A DNA stretch of 64,000 nt from Desulfosudaceae bacterium (GCA_963674745.2 CAXXDV010000001.1:960001-1024000), one strand, 5' to 3'. Positions 8,598 to 18,524 are shown, numbered from the stretch's first letter. A program made the numbers and translations. The notes: generated from the letters alone by a model not told the origin.

Positions 8598-9854
8598 ATG
8601 AAAATCGCTGTGGTGGGAGGGGGCATTTCCGGGATCCTGACGGCTTATTTGCTGCAGCAGAAGCACGAGGTCGTTCTTTTTGAAAAAAACGAATACACCG
8701 GGGGACACACCAATACGATTGTGATCCCCTCGGGTCCGGATGAAGGGCTGCCTGTAGACACCGGCTTTATCGTGTTTAACGAAAAGACATACCCGGTGTT
8801 TATCCGTTTTTTAAGCAGACTGGGGGTCGATTTTCACAAGACCGACATGTCCTTCAGCTATTACTGCGAGGGCACCGGCCAGACCTTTGCCAGCCGCAAC
8901 CTCAACACCCTGTTCGCCCGGCGCAGCAATTTGCTGAGACCGGGTTACTGGCTGTTTGTAAAAGGAATGGTCCGTTTTTTAAAAACCATTCGCACGGATT
9001 ACCTGTCAGGCCGGCTTCCGGATATAACTCTCGAGGCCTATTTAAAACAGAACGGCTTTTCCGACAATATCATGAACTGGTTCGTCATTCCCATGGCGGC
9101 CGCCATCTGGTCGGCTTCGGACGCCCAGATCCTGGGTTTTCCGGTCCGGTCGTTCGCCCAGTTCTATGAAAATCACGGCCTGCTGGCGGTTCGCAATCAT
9201 CCCGCCTGGTATTTTGTGGCCGGCGGCAGTCACACATACGTCAAGGCTTTTCTGGAAAGCTTCACGGGCAAGGTAAAAAACCACCGCCCTGTTGAACAGA
9301 TCAAACGGAATGAGCAAGGCGTGACGCTCACGCTGGGTGATGGCGAGAAACTTGATTTTGACAAAGTGGTGGTGGCCACCCATGCGAATGAAGCCCTGGC
9401 CCTTCTGGCGGACCCCACACCCGATGAAACCCGGCTGCTGTCGGCCTGGCGGTATTCACAAAATTATACCGTGCTGCATACGGATGTCTCCCTGATGCCG
9501 CCCAACCGGGTTGCCTGGGCCTCGTGGAACTATCTGCGCGAGACTGAAGAAGGCAGCCACCGCCCCATCACCGTTACGTATCACATGAACCGGCTGCAAA
9601 AGCTGAAAACAAACACCGACTATTTCGTGACCCTCAACCCGGTCCGGCCGATTCCCAAACAATATACCATCACGACCATCGATTATACCCACCCCATCTA
9701 TGATGAGGCCGCCTTTGCCACCCAGGCCGCGCTGGACACCTTAAACGACCGGCGTCACACTTTTTTCTGCGGCAGCTATTTCGGATACGGATTTCATGAA
9801 GACGGTGCCAGGTCTGCTGTGAATGTGGGCCGGTATTTTGATGTGACCTTATGA
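8598..9854 (+). CDS. FAD-dependent oxidoreductase of COG2907 type (amine oxidase-like; UfaD-like)
   Basis: IAVVGGGISG, GGHTNT, VDTGFIVFNEKTYP, DMSFS, AWASWNY, FCGSYFGYGFHEDG. Confidence 0.9.
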   Translation: MKIAVVGGGISGILTAYLLQQKHEVVLFEKNEYTGGHTNTIVIPSGPDEGLPVDTGFIVFNEKTYPVFIRFLSRLGVDFHKTDMSFSYYCEGTGQTFASRNLNTLFARRSNLLRPGYWLFVKGMVRFLKTIRTDYLSGRLPDITLEAYLKQNGFSDNIMNWFVIPMAAAIWSASDAQILGFPVRSFAQFYENHGLLAVRNHPAWYFVAGGSHTYVKAFLESFTGKVKNHRPVEQIKRNEQGVTLTLGDGEKLDFDKVVVATHANEALALLADPTPDETRLLSAWRYSQNYTVLHTDVSLMPPNRVAWASWNYLRETEEGSHRPITVTYHMNRLQKLKTNTDYFVTLNPVRPIPKQYTITTIDYTHPIYDEAAFATQAALDTLNDRRHTFFCGSYFGYGFHEDGARSAVNVGRYFDVTL

Positions 9855-11815
9855 ACTCAAAAATTTTTAAAGGATATATCGAGCATACCCGTTATTCGCC
9901 CCGGCATCACCGGCTGAGATACCCGCTTTATGTTTACGGCCTGGACCTGGATGAATTGCCGGATCTGGACCGGCGCCTGCCCCTGTTCGGATACAACCGC
10001 CTGCGGCCGTCTGCCATTTATGACCGGGATTACGGCTATCCCGGCGACGGCTCCATCAAGCAGAAACTGCAGTCCCTGCTGGAAAAACAAGGTATTGTGG
10101 GAACGCTTGAACGGGTCATGCTGATCACCTCGGCCCGGTATTTCAACTATGTTTTCAATCCCGTCAACTTTTACTATTGTTATGGTACCGGCGGCGAAAC
10201 TGTGGCGATCGTGGCCGAAGTCAACAACACCTTCGGCGAACGTCATCTGTACGTGCTCGATATGCCGCGATCCGAGACAGAGGGGTATCTGCTCAGCTAT
10301 GAGGCCGAAAAAGCCTTTCATGTATCGCCTTTTAACAACCTGGAGGGAACCTACCGCTTTTATTTTTCATCCCTGGAAACCGGGCTGGACATCAAAATCG
10401 ACCTGATTCGCGATGGCGAGCGGGTATTCGACGCCCAGCTGGTGGCCAAAGCCGTTGCCCTGACGCCCTGGTCCCACGCCCGCACCCTGCTGACCCACCC
10501 GGTGGTACCGCACCTGAGCGTTCCCCGGATTTACTGGCAGGCCTTTCGCCTTTCCTTTCAGAAAAAACTGACCTACCACCAGAAGCCCGTGCCCAAAAGC
10601 GCCATGACGATTCCCAGCACCAAACCATTTCTGCTGCAAACCATCTGTCAGCGAATCGTTATGTCGGTGCTGAATAAAATCAGCCAGGGACAACTGCAAA
10701 TGTCCCTGCCCGACGGCCGTAAACGTACTCTCGGTAAGGAAGACGCAAAGCCGAAGGGTTTTCTTGACGTCCGGGATTATCATTTTTTTCCCCGGCTGGT
10801 GTTCCATGGTGATATCGGTTTGGGCGAAGCATACATGGACGGCGACTGGGACAGCCCCGACCTGGTGGACCTGTTTACGGTGCTGATCCAAAACCGCTCG
10901 GCCATCAGCGACGGCAACTGGCTGACCGCCCTGCCCCTGCTGATAAAAGAACGCCTTTCCCATATCGCCCGCAAAAACTCACTTACTGGCAGTCGCAAAA
11001 ACATCTACCAGCACTATGACCTGGGCAACGACTTTTACGCCCTGTTTTTAGACGACAGCATGACCTATTCCTGTGCCCTGTTCCAGTCCCCGGAAGACAG
11101 CCTTGAAACCGCCCAGCAACGCAAATTAGACCGTATCATCGAAAAAGCGGACATCGGCCGCGACGATCATGTGCTGGAAATCGGCTGCGGCTGGGGTGGA
11201 TTTGCCATGGAAGCCGTTCGGCAGACCGGCTGCCGGGTGACCGGCATCACCATCTCACAGGCCCAGCACGACCTGGCCGTCGAACGCGTTCGGCAGGCCG
11301 GGCTGGCGGATCGGATCGATATCCAGCTGAAAGACTATCGCCATCTTACGGGCTCCTTTGACCGGATTGTTTCCATTGAAATGCTCGAGGCGGTGGGGGA
11401 AAAATATATGCCCGGTTTTTTCCAGGCCTGCGACCGCCTGTTAAAAAAAGGGGGGCGGGTGGTCATCCAGACCATCACCATCCCGGACCAGCGTTACCGT
11501 GTTTACAGCCGCCAGCGGGACTGGATTCAAAAGCATATTTTCCCGGGCGGGCACCTGCCGTCGTTAACGCTGATCAGCAACATTCTGACCCGAAAGACCG
11601 GGTTTATCGTCGATCACCTTGAAAACGTCGGCCCCCATTACGCCACCACCCTCAACCACTGGCGAAACCGCTTTACAAAAAACGAAGCCCATGTCCGCGC
11701 CCTGGGGTTTGATACCGTTTTTATCCGTAAATGGATTTACTACCTGGCCGTGTGCGAAGCCGGTTTTGCCAACCGCGCCCTGGGTGATCTGCAGCTGGTG
11801 CTGGTGCGGGAATAA
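9851..11815 (+). CDS. cfa: DUF1365 domain fused to a cyclopropane-fatty-acyl-phospholipid synthase family methyltransferase
   Basis: N-half HTRYSP, YVFNPVNFYYCY, AEVNNTFGERH, KAFHVSPF; C-half NIYQHYDLGNDFY, MTYSCA, VLEIGCGWGG, VSIEMLEAVG, IFPGG; ATGA overlap with upstream gene. Confidence 0.9.
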   Translation: MNSKIFKGYIEHTRYSPRHHRLRYPLYVYGLDLDELPDLDRRLPLFGYNRLRPSAIYDRDYGYPGDGSIKQKLQSLLEKQGIVGTLERVMLITSARYFNYVFNPVNFYYCYGTGGETVAIVAEVNNTFGERHLYVLDMPRSETEGYLLSYEAEKAFHVSPFNNLEGTYRFYFSSLETGLDIKIDLIRDGERVFDAQLVAKAVALTPWSHARTLLTHPVVPHLSVPRIYWQAFRLSFQKKLTYHQKPVPKSAMTIPSTKPFLLQTICQRIVMSVLNKISQGQLQMSLPDGRKRTLGKEDAKPKGFLDVRDYHFFPRLVFHGDIGLGEAYMDGDWDSPDLVDLFTVLIQNRSAISDGNWLTALPLLIKERLSHIARKNSLTGSRKNIYQHYDLGNDFYALFLDDSMTYSCALFQSPEDSLETAQQRKLDRIIEKADIGRDDHVLEIGCGWGGFAMEAVRQTGCRVTGITISQAQHDLAVERVRQAGLADRIDIQLKDYRHLTGSFDRIVSIEMLEAVGEKYMPGFFQACDRLLKKGGRVVIQTITIPDQRYRVYSRQRDWIQKHIFPGGHLPSLTLISNILTRKTGFIVDHLENVGPHYATTLNHWRNRFTKNEAHVRALGFDTVFIRKWIYYLAVCEAGFANRALGDLQLVLVRE

Positions 11816-11851
11816 TGGCGTCGTTACGTTTTCTTAATTCAAGGAAAACCC

Positions 11852-12748
11852 TTATTTCGCTTCCAGGTCTTTCTTGAGTTTTAACACCGCCAGCTCTTTG
11901 GCTTTTGCCTCCACCTCGACGGTCAAATCCATGGAAAGCCAGTTTTCAGGCATGTCCTTAACATCGATATAGTCATGATGCTTGCGGATATCAGTCGCCC
12001 GCCAGCCGTTTTTCGGGGAAGAGATATGAAACAGCGGCTCCCGGTCCCATGTTTCAGCCGCCAGCCGGGTCGCTTCTTCCACGCTTAAATCATCCGGCAG
12101 ACAGCGATGGTGGTGGACATCGTAAACCAGGGGGACGGCCAAATCCGCGCATACTGGCAGAAGATCCCGGGGGGAGTAACTGACATCATCATTTTCCAGG
12201 GTCAGTCGCTTTCTGACCCGTGCGGCCAGTTTTCGAATATTTTTTCTGAGGCGGTCCAGGGCGGCGGGTTTATCGCCGTAAACGCCGCCGGCATGGATAT
12301 TAATCACATCAGCGCCGATCCACTGGGCCACTTCGGCCTGGTAATTAAGATCGGCCACCGAGCGTTTGACCACCTCCGGGCCGGGTGACGATAACACAAT
12401 GAATTGATCCGGGTGAAAGGTTGTCCGGATATGGTGATTTTTAGCGAAGGTTTTGCAGGCTTTGAAGGTTTTGATGATCCGGTCCCCGTCGGGCAGGTCG
12501 GAAACGTCGTAGCCCACATCCGGATGCGTCTTTAACGGCAGGATCTGGCTGTTGACCCGGAAATCTCCGATGCCGTTTTCATGACAGAAGGCCAGGGCCT
12601 GGTTCAGGCTTTCCGCATTGGCCAGGCATATTTCCGACAGACGCCGGCGCTGTTCGTCAACCGCAAAACCCGACAAATACCTGGCGGTAGTCCGGCGGAA
12701 CCGGATGGGCTCGGCCTTGAATATGCAGCACAGACCGAGTCGGATCAT
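11852..12748 (-). CDS. uvsE: UV DNA damage endonuclease
   Basis: RLGLCC, FRVNSQILP, FHPDQF, NIHAGGVYG, LTLENDD, YDVHHH, FHISSP, HHDYID, VEAKAKE. Confidence 0.93.
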   Translation of the reverse strand: MIRLGLCCIFKAEPIRFRRTTARYLSGFAVDEQRRRLSEICLANAESLNQALAFCHENGIGDFRVNSQILPLKTHPDVGYDVSDLPDGDRIIKTFKACKTFAKNHHIRTTFHPDQFIVLSSPGPEVVKRSVADLNYQAEVAQWIGADVINIHAGGVYGDKPAALDRLRKNIRKLAARVRKRLTLENDDVSYSPRDLLPVCADLAVPLVYDVHHHRCLPDDLSVEEATRLAAETWDREPLFHISSPKNGWRATDIRKHHDYIDVKDMPENWLSMDLTVEVEAKAKELAVLKLKKDLEAK

Positions 12749-14115
12749 GGATTGGCCCCTTTTTTATCCGCCGCCGCGATGGTTTTTCGAATATCGTCAT
12801 GCATGGCCTTGGAAATGGGAAACGGTATCAGCACGACCAGGGCGACCAGGTTGCACAGGCAGGGAACCAGGGCGTAAAGAACCCTGAGCACCAGGACCAC
12901 CGTTTCGTTCTGAGGCTGGTTGGGCAGGTAACCGGCTTTCCCCAGTACCGCCAGGCCGATGCCGATACCAATGGCGGCCGCGATTTTCTTGGCAATGGAC
13001 CAGATACCGATATACTGCCCCTCCCGCCGTTCGCCGGTCACCATTTCATCATAATCGATCACATCGGCCTGAATGGCCGACGGCAGGGCCAAACTGGCGC
13101 CGAAACCAATGCCGGATAATACCACCAGCACACCGTACCAGAACGTATCACCCGGCCCCAGAAAAAATACGCCCAGGAAGGCCCCGGTGTTGACGGCCAT
13201 GGCCGCCAGCCAGGCCCATTTTTTTTCAATCCGCCGGGAAACGGCGATCCAGGGCGGCAGGAATACGACACCGGCAATAAAATACAAGGCCAGAAACAGT
13301 TCCGCGCCGGTGCTCTGCAGGACATATTCCACGTAATAGAGAATCAGGGTGGCCGGCAGATTATTGCCGATGGCGGCAATGGTATAAGAAACCAGCAGGA
13401 TCACAAAAGGCCGGTTTTTAAATATGGACAACCACTGGGTAACCGCTTTTTTTCGATTGACCGGCGGCGGATCCGGGCGCTCCCTGATGGCGGCCACGCA
13501 TATCCAGCAGCAGGCAATCACCAGTGGCGCGTAAACAACGGCTATCCAGAAGAACTTCTGCCGCTGACCGGCAGCATCATCGGCCAGATGAAACAACCAG
13601 GTAATGATGCCCGGCGAGCCGGCCGCGATGAGGGTTCCCAGAATCAAAAACCCGTCCCGCCAACTGAACAAAACGGTTCGTTCATGATAGTCATAGCTGA
13701 CTTCCGGGCCCAGGGATTCATAAGGCACGACCACGATGGTCCAGAACAGAAACAGCAGAAACAGGGTTATTCCGAACCAGGCTGAAGCGACCCCGTGGGA
13801 GGCTTCGGCCGGCGGGGTGAACAGCAAAAACAGCAGCAGGGCCAGGCACAGGGAACCGGCCGCCATGTAAGGCCGCCGACGTCCGAACCGGGTCCGGGTA
13901 TTGTCGGAAACATAGCCGATAAGGGGGTCGGTGACCGCGTCAAAAAGCCGGACGCCGAACAGCAGATACCCCACCAGGATGATATTGACGCCGACCACGT
14001 CGGTATAAAACTTGGGGATAAACACATAGACCGGAATACCGACGATGGCCAGGGACAGGGCCGGCAGGGCATAAGCCAGTTTGCGGGTCAGTGGAAGCCG
14101 GTCATGGTTTACCAT
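12745..14115 (-). CDS. MFS transporter, GPH (MelB-like) family
   Basis: FDAVTDPLIGYVSD.TRTRFGRRRPY, VPYESLGPE..YHERT, QADVIDYDE..TGERREG; many hydrophobic segments. Confidence 0.9.
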   Translation of the reverse strand: MVNHDRLPLTRKLAYALPALSLAIVGIPVYVFIPKFYTDVVGVNIILVGYLLFGVRLFDAVTDPLIGYVSDNTRTRFGRRRPYMAAGSLCLALLLFLLFTPPAEASHGVASAWFGITLFLLFLFWTIVVVPYESLGPEVSYDYHERTVLFSWRDGFLILGTLIAAGSPGIITWLFHLADDAAGQRQKFFWIAVVYAPLVIACCWICVAAIRERPDPPPVNRKKAVTQWLSIFKNRPFVILLVSYTIAAIGNNLPATLILYYVEYVLQSTGAELFLALYFIAGVVFLPPWIAVSRRIEKKWAWLAAMAVNTGAFLGVFFLGPGDTFWYGVLVVLSGIGFGASLALPSAIQADVIDYDEMVTGERREGQYIGIWSIAKKIAAAIGIGIGLAVLGKAGYLPNQPQNETVVLVLRVLYALVPCLCNLVALVVLIPFPISKAMHDDIRKTIAAADKKGANP

Positions 14116-14690
14116 TAATCATTTATCCCCAGAACCTGGTCACGAAACGTTTTGTCAATGGGCCTGGACCCGATCCAAATGGAAAAAACCGCCCGGGAAA
14201 ATGCGGCGCCGGGAATTACCGTGAGGATTTTATCATTGAGTGCCAGGCGGGTTCCCTGTCCGGGGAAATAGGTCAGGGCGTAACGGTCTCCGGGCGACAC
14301 ATCCCGGTATGCGTCGGCCAGTTTTTCAATGGACGGCTCAAGCCGTTTGAGTTCTTCAGCGGTCAGGTTTTCGGCGATGGTGACCCGGGTGGCTTTGGCA
14401 AATTGTCCGGCCTTGATGGCATGAAAATATTCCAGCACCAGGTGGCGGGGCACATCTTGCAGGGCCTGCCGGTAGCCCATGTTTTCCGGCAGGTAAAAAG
14501 CGCCCACATAACCTTTAAAAACAACCATGTATCTCAGCAGGGCGGTTCCCTGAAGATCAAACCGGGTCTGATCGATTTGTACGACATCATCAAAAACCAC
14601 CCCTTCGATTTCGGCCCCGGCAACTGGCATGACAGCGAACATGATCATCAGCGGCACCAATATGCAACGGCGGATTATTCTATTCGTCAT
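14115..14690 (-). CDS. Chalcone isomerase-fold exported protein
   Basis: Signal peptide; LQGTALLRYMVVFKGYVGAFY, DVSPGDRY, FSRAVFSIWIG..P. Confidence 0.85.
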   Translation of the reverse strand: MTNRIIRRCILVPLMIMFAVMPVAGAEIEGVVFDDVVQIDQTRFDLQGTALLRYMVVFKGYVGAFYLPENMGYRQALQDVPRHLVLEYFHAIKAGQFAKATRVTIAENLTAEELKRLEPSIEKLADAYRDVSPGDRYALTYFPGQGTRLALNDKILTVIPGAAFSRAVFSIWIGSRPIDKTFRDQVLGIND

Positions 14691-16092
14691 GATTTTCCAC
14701 TCCTGTCAACCGGCATAGTTCTTCCCACAGCTGTCGTCTCTCGTCCGAAGTCTCCCGGGTATGAGAAAAGACATGGGTGGTGTGGGGGCGGCGATTCAGC
14801 CAGAACAGGCCGGAGACCTGACCGGCTTCCGGGGCGACCGCCAGCCAGACAATGGTGTCGGCGCCCTGTTCAGGCGTCCGCAGTAACCCCCGGGTGCGGG
14901 TATAAAAGCCCGGCAGCGCTTTGGTGATCCCCGGCGTGTTGACCCATCCGGGATGCATGGCATTGACCGTTATGCCCTGGGATTTGAGCCGGTCGGCCCA
15001 GATTTCCGTTAAAATGACCATGCCCCGTTTGGCACGGGCATATGCCTTGGGGCCGTCAAACGATTCGGCTTCATAACCCAGGTCATCGGGCCGGATTTTC
15101 TGGGTATACATACCGCCTGAAGACACGTTGACGATTCGCGACGGTGCCGAAGCCCGCAATTTGGGAATCAACCGGCTGGTCAGCAGAAAAGGGCCGGCCA
15201 GGTCGGTGGCCAGGGTCTGCTCCAGACCTTCACCGGTGGTCAGGCGTTCATTGAACAGGGCGCCGGCATTATTAACGAGTACATGCAAATCCGAAACATT
15301 GTCGGTCAGGTATCGGGCGACCTGTTCATTGTCGGCCATCAGGCTCAGGTCTCCGCGGCAGGTGTCGATCTGCCGGTTGCCGGTGGTTTCGATCAACATG
15401 GCCCGGGTCTGTTCCAGCTTTTCATCAGACCGGCCGACCAGGACCAGGTGTGCCCCCAGGTCGGCAATGCGAATGGCCGCCGCCCGGCCGATACCGGAGG
15501 TGGCGCCGGTGACGGCGACGGTCTTGCCTTCCAGGGATTCAACCACGGGATGCCATTTGCGCTTTTGCCGGGCATGACCCTGGCGGGTAAAACCGAACAT
15601 GCCGCCGACAACGGTCCGGTCGATCAGGTCGTCCAGCGGCCGTTGCCGGGGCACGGGAAACGTATGGTTCAGGGCCGCAGACAACCCGTCAACCGCCTTT
15701 TGTCCGATGCGCGAAAAAATCAGGTTGAGGATTTTCTCCTTGACCGGACCCGGTCGATCCAGCTCGATAACCGCCCGGTAATCAATTCGGGTGCCCTGAC
15801 CGGCCGGGGAGAACGCTATGGTATCGGTGGCGGTGAAGCTTTTACCGGCTCCGGTCAGCACCACCTTTTCATTGGGGACAAACTCGACCATACGGTAGGT
15901 CATACGGATTTTCCCGAATCCGTAGCTCAAGACCAGATCAAAGGCGGCATTCTCTTTGACACCGCCCGGGCTGGTTCGATGTGAACTTACCACACCCGGG
16001 TCCCACTGCTCGATATTGGCAAAATCGCTCACATAGCGAAACACCTGATTGACGGGACGGGCGGTTTCTATTGTTTTTTCAAGGACGATCAT
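14680..16092 (-). CDS. SRPBCC domain fused to a classical SDR (DHRS12/retinol dehydrogenase-like)
   Basis: N-terminal VFRYVSDFANIEQWDPGV; SDR motifs VTGATSGIG, LVNNAG, VSSGGMY, YARAK, MHPGWVNTPG. Confidence 0.88.
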   Translation of the reverse strand: MIVLEKTIETARPVNQVFRYVSDFANIEQWDPGVVSSHRTSPGGVKENAAFDLVLSYGFGKIRMTYRMVEFVPNEKVVLTGAGKSFTATDTIAFSPAGQGTRIDYRAVIELDRPGPVKEKILNLIFSRIGQKAVDGLSAALNHTFPVPRQRPLDDLIDRTVVGGMFGFTRQGHARQKRKWHPVVESLEGKTVAVTGATSGIGRAAAIRIADLGAHLVLVGRSDEKLEQTRAMLIETTGNRQIDTCRGDLSLMADNEQVARYLTDNVSDLHVLVNNAGALFNERLTTGEGLEQTLATDLAGPFLLTSRLIPKLRASAPSRIVNVSSGGMYTQKIRPDDLGYEAESFDGPKAYARAKRGMVILTEIWADRLKSQGITVNAMHPGWVNTPGITKALPGFYTRTRGLLRTPEQGADTIVWLAVAPEAGQVSGLFWLNRRPHTTHVFSHTRETSDERRQLWEELCRLTGVENHDE

Positions 16093-16697
16093 ATGGTGCC
16101 TCCTTCCGCTACCCTTATACAGACCTCGACAGCCATGGAAAAAATCACGTCCAGCGGAAACCGTCCGGAAAGGGACTGATCATAAAGGACTTTGGCTTCG
16201 GCCGGAAACTCCTCATCACCCGCCCAGTAGACAACGGCCACCGGGATATCGGGGGTGATCTCAAACCGGAAGGCCGCGTCTCCCATGTCGAGGGACGTGC
16301 CCCGCAGCCGCCGGCAGCGTTCACGGAATTCGTCGATATTGTTACCGAACCGGCGTGACATCAGGCGGTCGGGGATTTTGTGGGGCCCTCGAAAAAAGGC
16401 GGCCCCGCCGGGCATATCTTTTTCTGAAATCCACTGTCCGGACACGTCTGTTTGTGTTGCCCGCAGGAGATAATAAATAATAAAAAAATAAAACAAGGCG
16501 TGCGGCTCCGGTGAACCATCACCTGCGCAGGCGATCTCTTGCTCGTTGGGTCGGATGCGGCACGCCTGATTCCAGACCGGCAGGACATAACACCGGTCGG
16601 CCGGTTCGTACCGGCAATCGGGTATCCGCCCACAGACCGCCTGAGGATCCTGATCGACCAATTCCTGAAAATAGGTTTTATCGACGGCGTATGTCAT
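16089..16697 (-). CDS. DUF3786 family protein
   Basis: WISEKDMPGGAAFFRGPH, GDAAF, VYWAGDEEFPAEAKVLYD; start placed at MTYAVDK to avoid overlap with the upstream gene. Confidence 0.8.
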   Translation of the reverse strand: MTYAVDKTYFQELVDQDPQAVCGRIPDCRYEPADRCYVLPVWNQACRIRPNEQEIACAGDGSPEPHALFYFFIIYYLLRATQTDVSGQWISEKDMPGGAAFFRGPHKIPDRLMSRRFGNNIDEFRERCRRLRGTSLDMGDAAFRFEITPDIPVAVVYWAGDEEFPAEAKVLYDQSLSGRFPLDVIFSMAVEVCIRVAEGGTI

Positions 16698-16749
16698 ATT
16701 TTCACAACCGATAACCACCCGGATTTTTGATCCGGACACTTTTCCTGAA

Positions 16750-17166
16750 TTATCCACTGTCCTTATTGCAATGTCCGGCCACGACATTAAGAAACCAGGG
16801 CATAAGCATAAACACGATCAAGGCACAGATATAAGCCGTTCCTGATACCGGATCCCGACGCTGCAAATAGTCTGAGAAAGACATACCTTGAACCCATAAT
16901 ACCAGCGTAAATTCGAAAGCCACTAAAATCAAAAGGGCCAGGGCACCGATCAGAAAAAGGCGGAAGGATTCTTGATGCTCAGCCCGTTTGCGGATGTACC
17001 TGGCCGAAAAGAAGACGACTCCGATCATGACCGGCATTTCGATCAGTTCGGCATATCGCTGACCGGTCATGGGAACCAGTAGCAGGGTCCGTATGATTCC
17101 CAAAACAAAACCCGCGAAAAAGACCATGGTAAAATAAATCACCGCGTTGATAATCAGCGCTTTCAT
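16750..17166 (-). CDS. Small membrane protein (about 4 TM)
   Basis: Hydrophobic helices; GFVLG..R..AELIEMP motif. Confidence 0.7.
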   Translation of the reverse strand: MKALIINAVIYFTMVFFAGFVLGIIRTLLLVPMTGQRYAELIEMPVMIGVVFFSARYIRKRAEHQESFRLFLIGALALLILVAFEFTLVLWVQGMSFSDYLQRRDPVSGTAYICALIVFMLMPWFLNVVAGHCNKDSG

Positions 17167-17178
17167 TAAATTTTCGAA

Positions 17179-17736
17179 TCAACGGCCGTACATGGCCGTA
17201 AAACTGGCTTTGTCCAGCGTGTTGGCATTGATCATAAAACCGATCATGGCGGCGCTGGCATCAGCAGGGACCTCTATTTTTTCCGTTTTCAGCGCGAACA
17301 CCGTGAAAACATAACGATGGGGCGAATGTCCTTCGGGCGGGCAGGGGCCACCAAAGGCATGGGTGCCGAAATCGGTGCGGCCCTGAACAGCACCGCTTGG
17401 AAGCTGCTTGCCGTCCACGTTACCGGCCCCGGCCGGCAACCCGGTCGCATCCGCCGGGATATTGTAGACCAGCCAGTGCCACCAGCCCGAACCTGTCGGC
17501 GCGTCCGGGTCATACACGGTAACGGCATAGCTTCGGGTTCCTTCCGGTCCGGCCGACCATTGAAGCGCCGGTGACCGGTTCTGCCCGGTGCAGCCAAAGC
17601 CGCTGTAAACCTGTTCATCCCCCATGAAGCCGCCCGGTGCTATTGTCGGGCTGGTCAGTGTAAATTCATCGGCAAACGCCGTGAAGGATACCAGGCAAAA
17701 AACAAGCGCCATTAATACTTGTATTTTATTCAACAT
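17179..17736 (-). CDS. YbhB/YbcL family (PEBP/Raf kinase inhibitor-like) exported protein
   Basis: GCTGQNRSPALQW, YDPDAPTGSGWWHW, GGPCPP..HRYVFTV; ATG 17736 with SD AAGGAG and a signal peptide. Confidence 0.92.
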   Translation of the reverse strand: MLNKIQVLMALVFCLVSFTAFADEFTLTSPTIAPGGFMGDEQVYSGFGCTGQNRSPALQWSAGPEGTRSYAVTVYDPDAPTGSGWWHWLVYNIPADATGLPAGAGNVDGKQLPSGAVQGRTDFGTHAFGGPCPPEGHSPHRYVFTVFALKTEKIEVPADASAAMIGFMINANTLDKASFTAMYGR

Positions 17737-18346
17737 GGTCCTCTCCTTTTTTATGGTCGAACGCCGCCCGACACATTTCTTTTGCTTCTTCAATCCAGGC
17801 GGCCCGTTGTTCCGGGGTACTGGTAACCACCACGGCGAACATTTTACGGTAAAAGGCGTGAACACCGCACAGGTCGAAAATACAGCGCCGCCAGACGGCT
17901 TCAAGCGGATCGCCGAATACCAGCTGCTCCCTGATCAGCTCCGTGTTCGAGGTATTTAAAACAACCGCCGCACGGGCCCGGAGCAACCCCACGGGAACGC
18001 CCTCACCGCTGTCGCCTTCTTCAAACCGATATGCCCGGCCGGGACGGAGGACGCGATCGATCCAGCCCTTGAGAACGGCCGGCGGCTGACCCCACCAGTT
18101 GGGATGCACGATCACGACACCATCGGCCGCGCACAGCTCGTCGCAATGGGCCCGGATCAGCGGCTCGATTTCTCCCTGCTCCGGGATCTCGCCGGCCGGC
18201 AGAATGGGGTCAAATTGTTCCGCATAAAGATCGTGAAAAACGACCTCATGACCGGCCTGTTGCAGGTCGTCCCGCACCGCACCGGCGATGGCATGGTTGA
18301 AACTGCCGGGGTCAGGATGCCCGAGAATTATAAGAATTTTCATCAT
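17726..18346 (-). CDS. NAD(P)H-dependent quinone oxidoreductase (flavodoxin_2 family)
   Basis: ILGHP..GSFNHAI, DLYAEQFDP, HPNWWGQPPAVLKGWIDRV. Confidence 0.9.
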   Translation of the reverse strand: MMKILIILGHPDPGSFNHAIAGAVRDDLQQAGHEVVFHDLYAEQFDPILPAGEIPEQGEIEPLIRAHCDELCAADGVVIVHPNWWGQPPAVLKGWIDRVLRPGRAYRFEEGDSGEGVPVGLLRARAAVVLNTSNTELIREQLVFGDPLEAVWRRCIFDLCGVHAFYRKMFAVVVTSTPEQRAAWIEEAKEMCRAAFDHKKGEDHVE

Positions 18347-18524
18347 TATCCTTTAGCAGACAATTCAAGATCGTTTTTGGGTCTGTAGAGTTTTCGCATA
18401 TTGCTCTGGTCTGATAAGATGATCGGGGTTATATGACTTCTTCTATTTTTACCAAATCAGAATCGAAACACAAGCCTTATTCCGTCAGAGAATCCGCGCG
18501 GGGGAAAAGTCTCCAGAACTGCTT

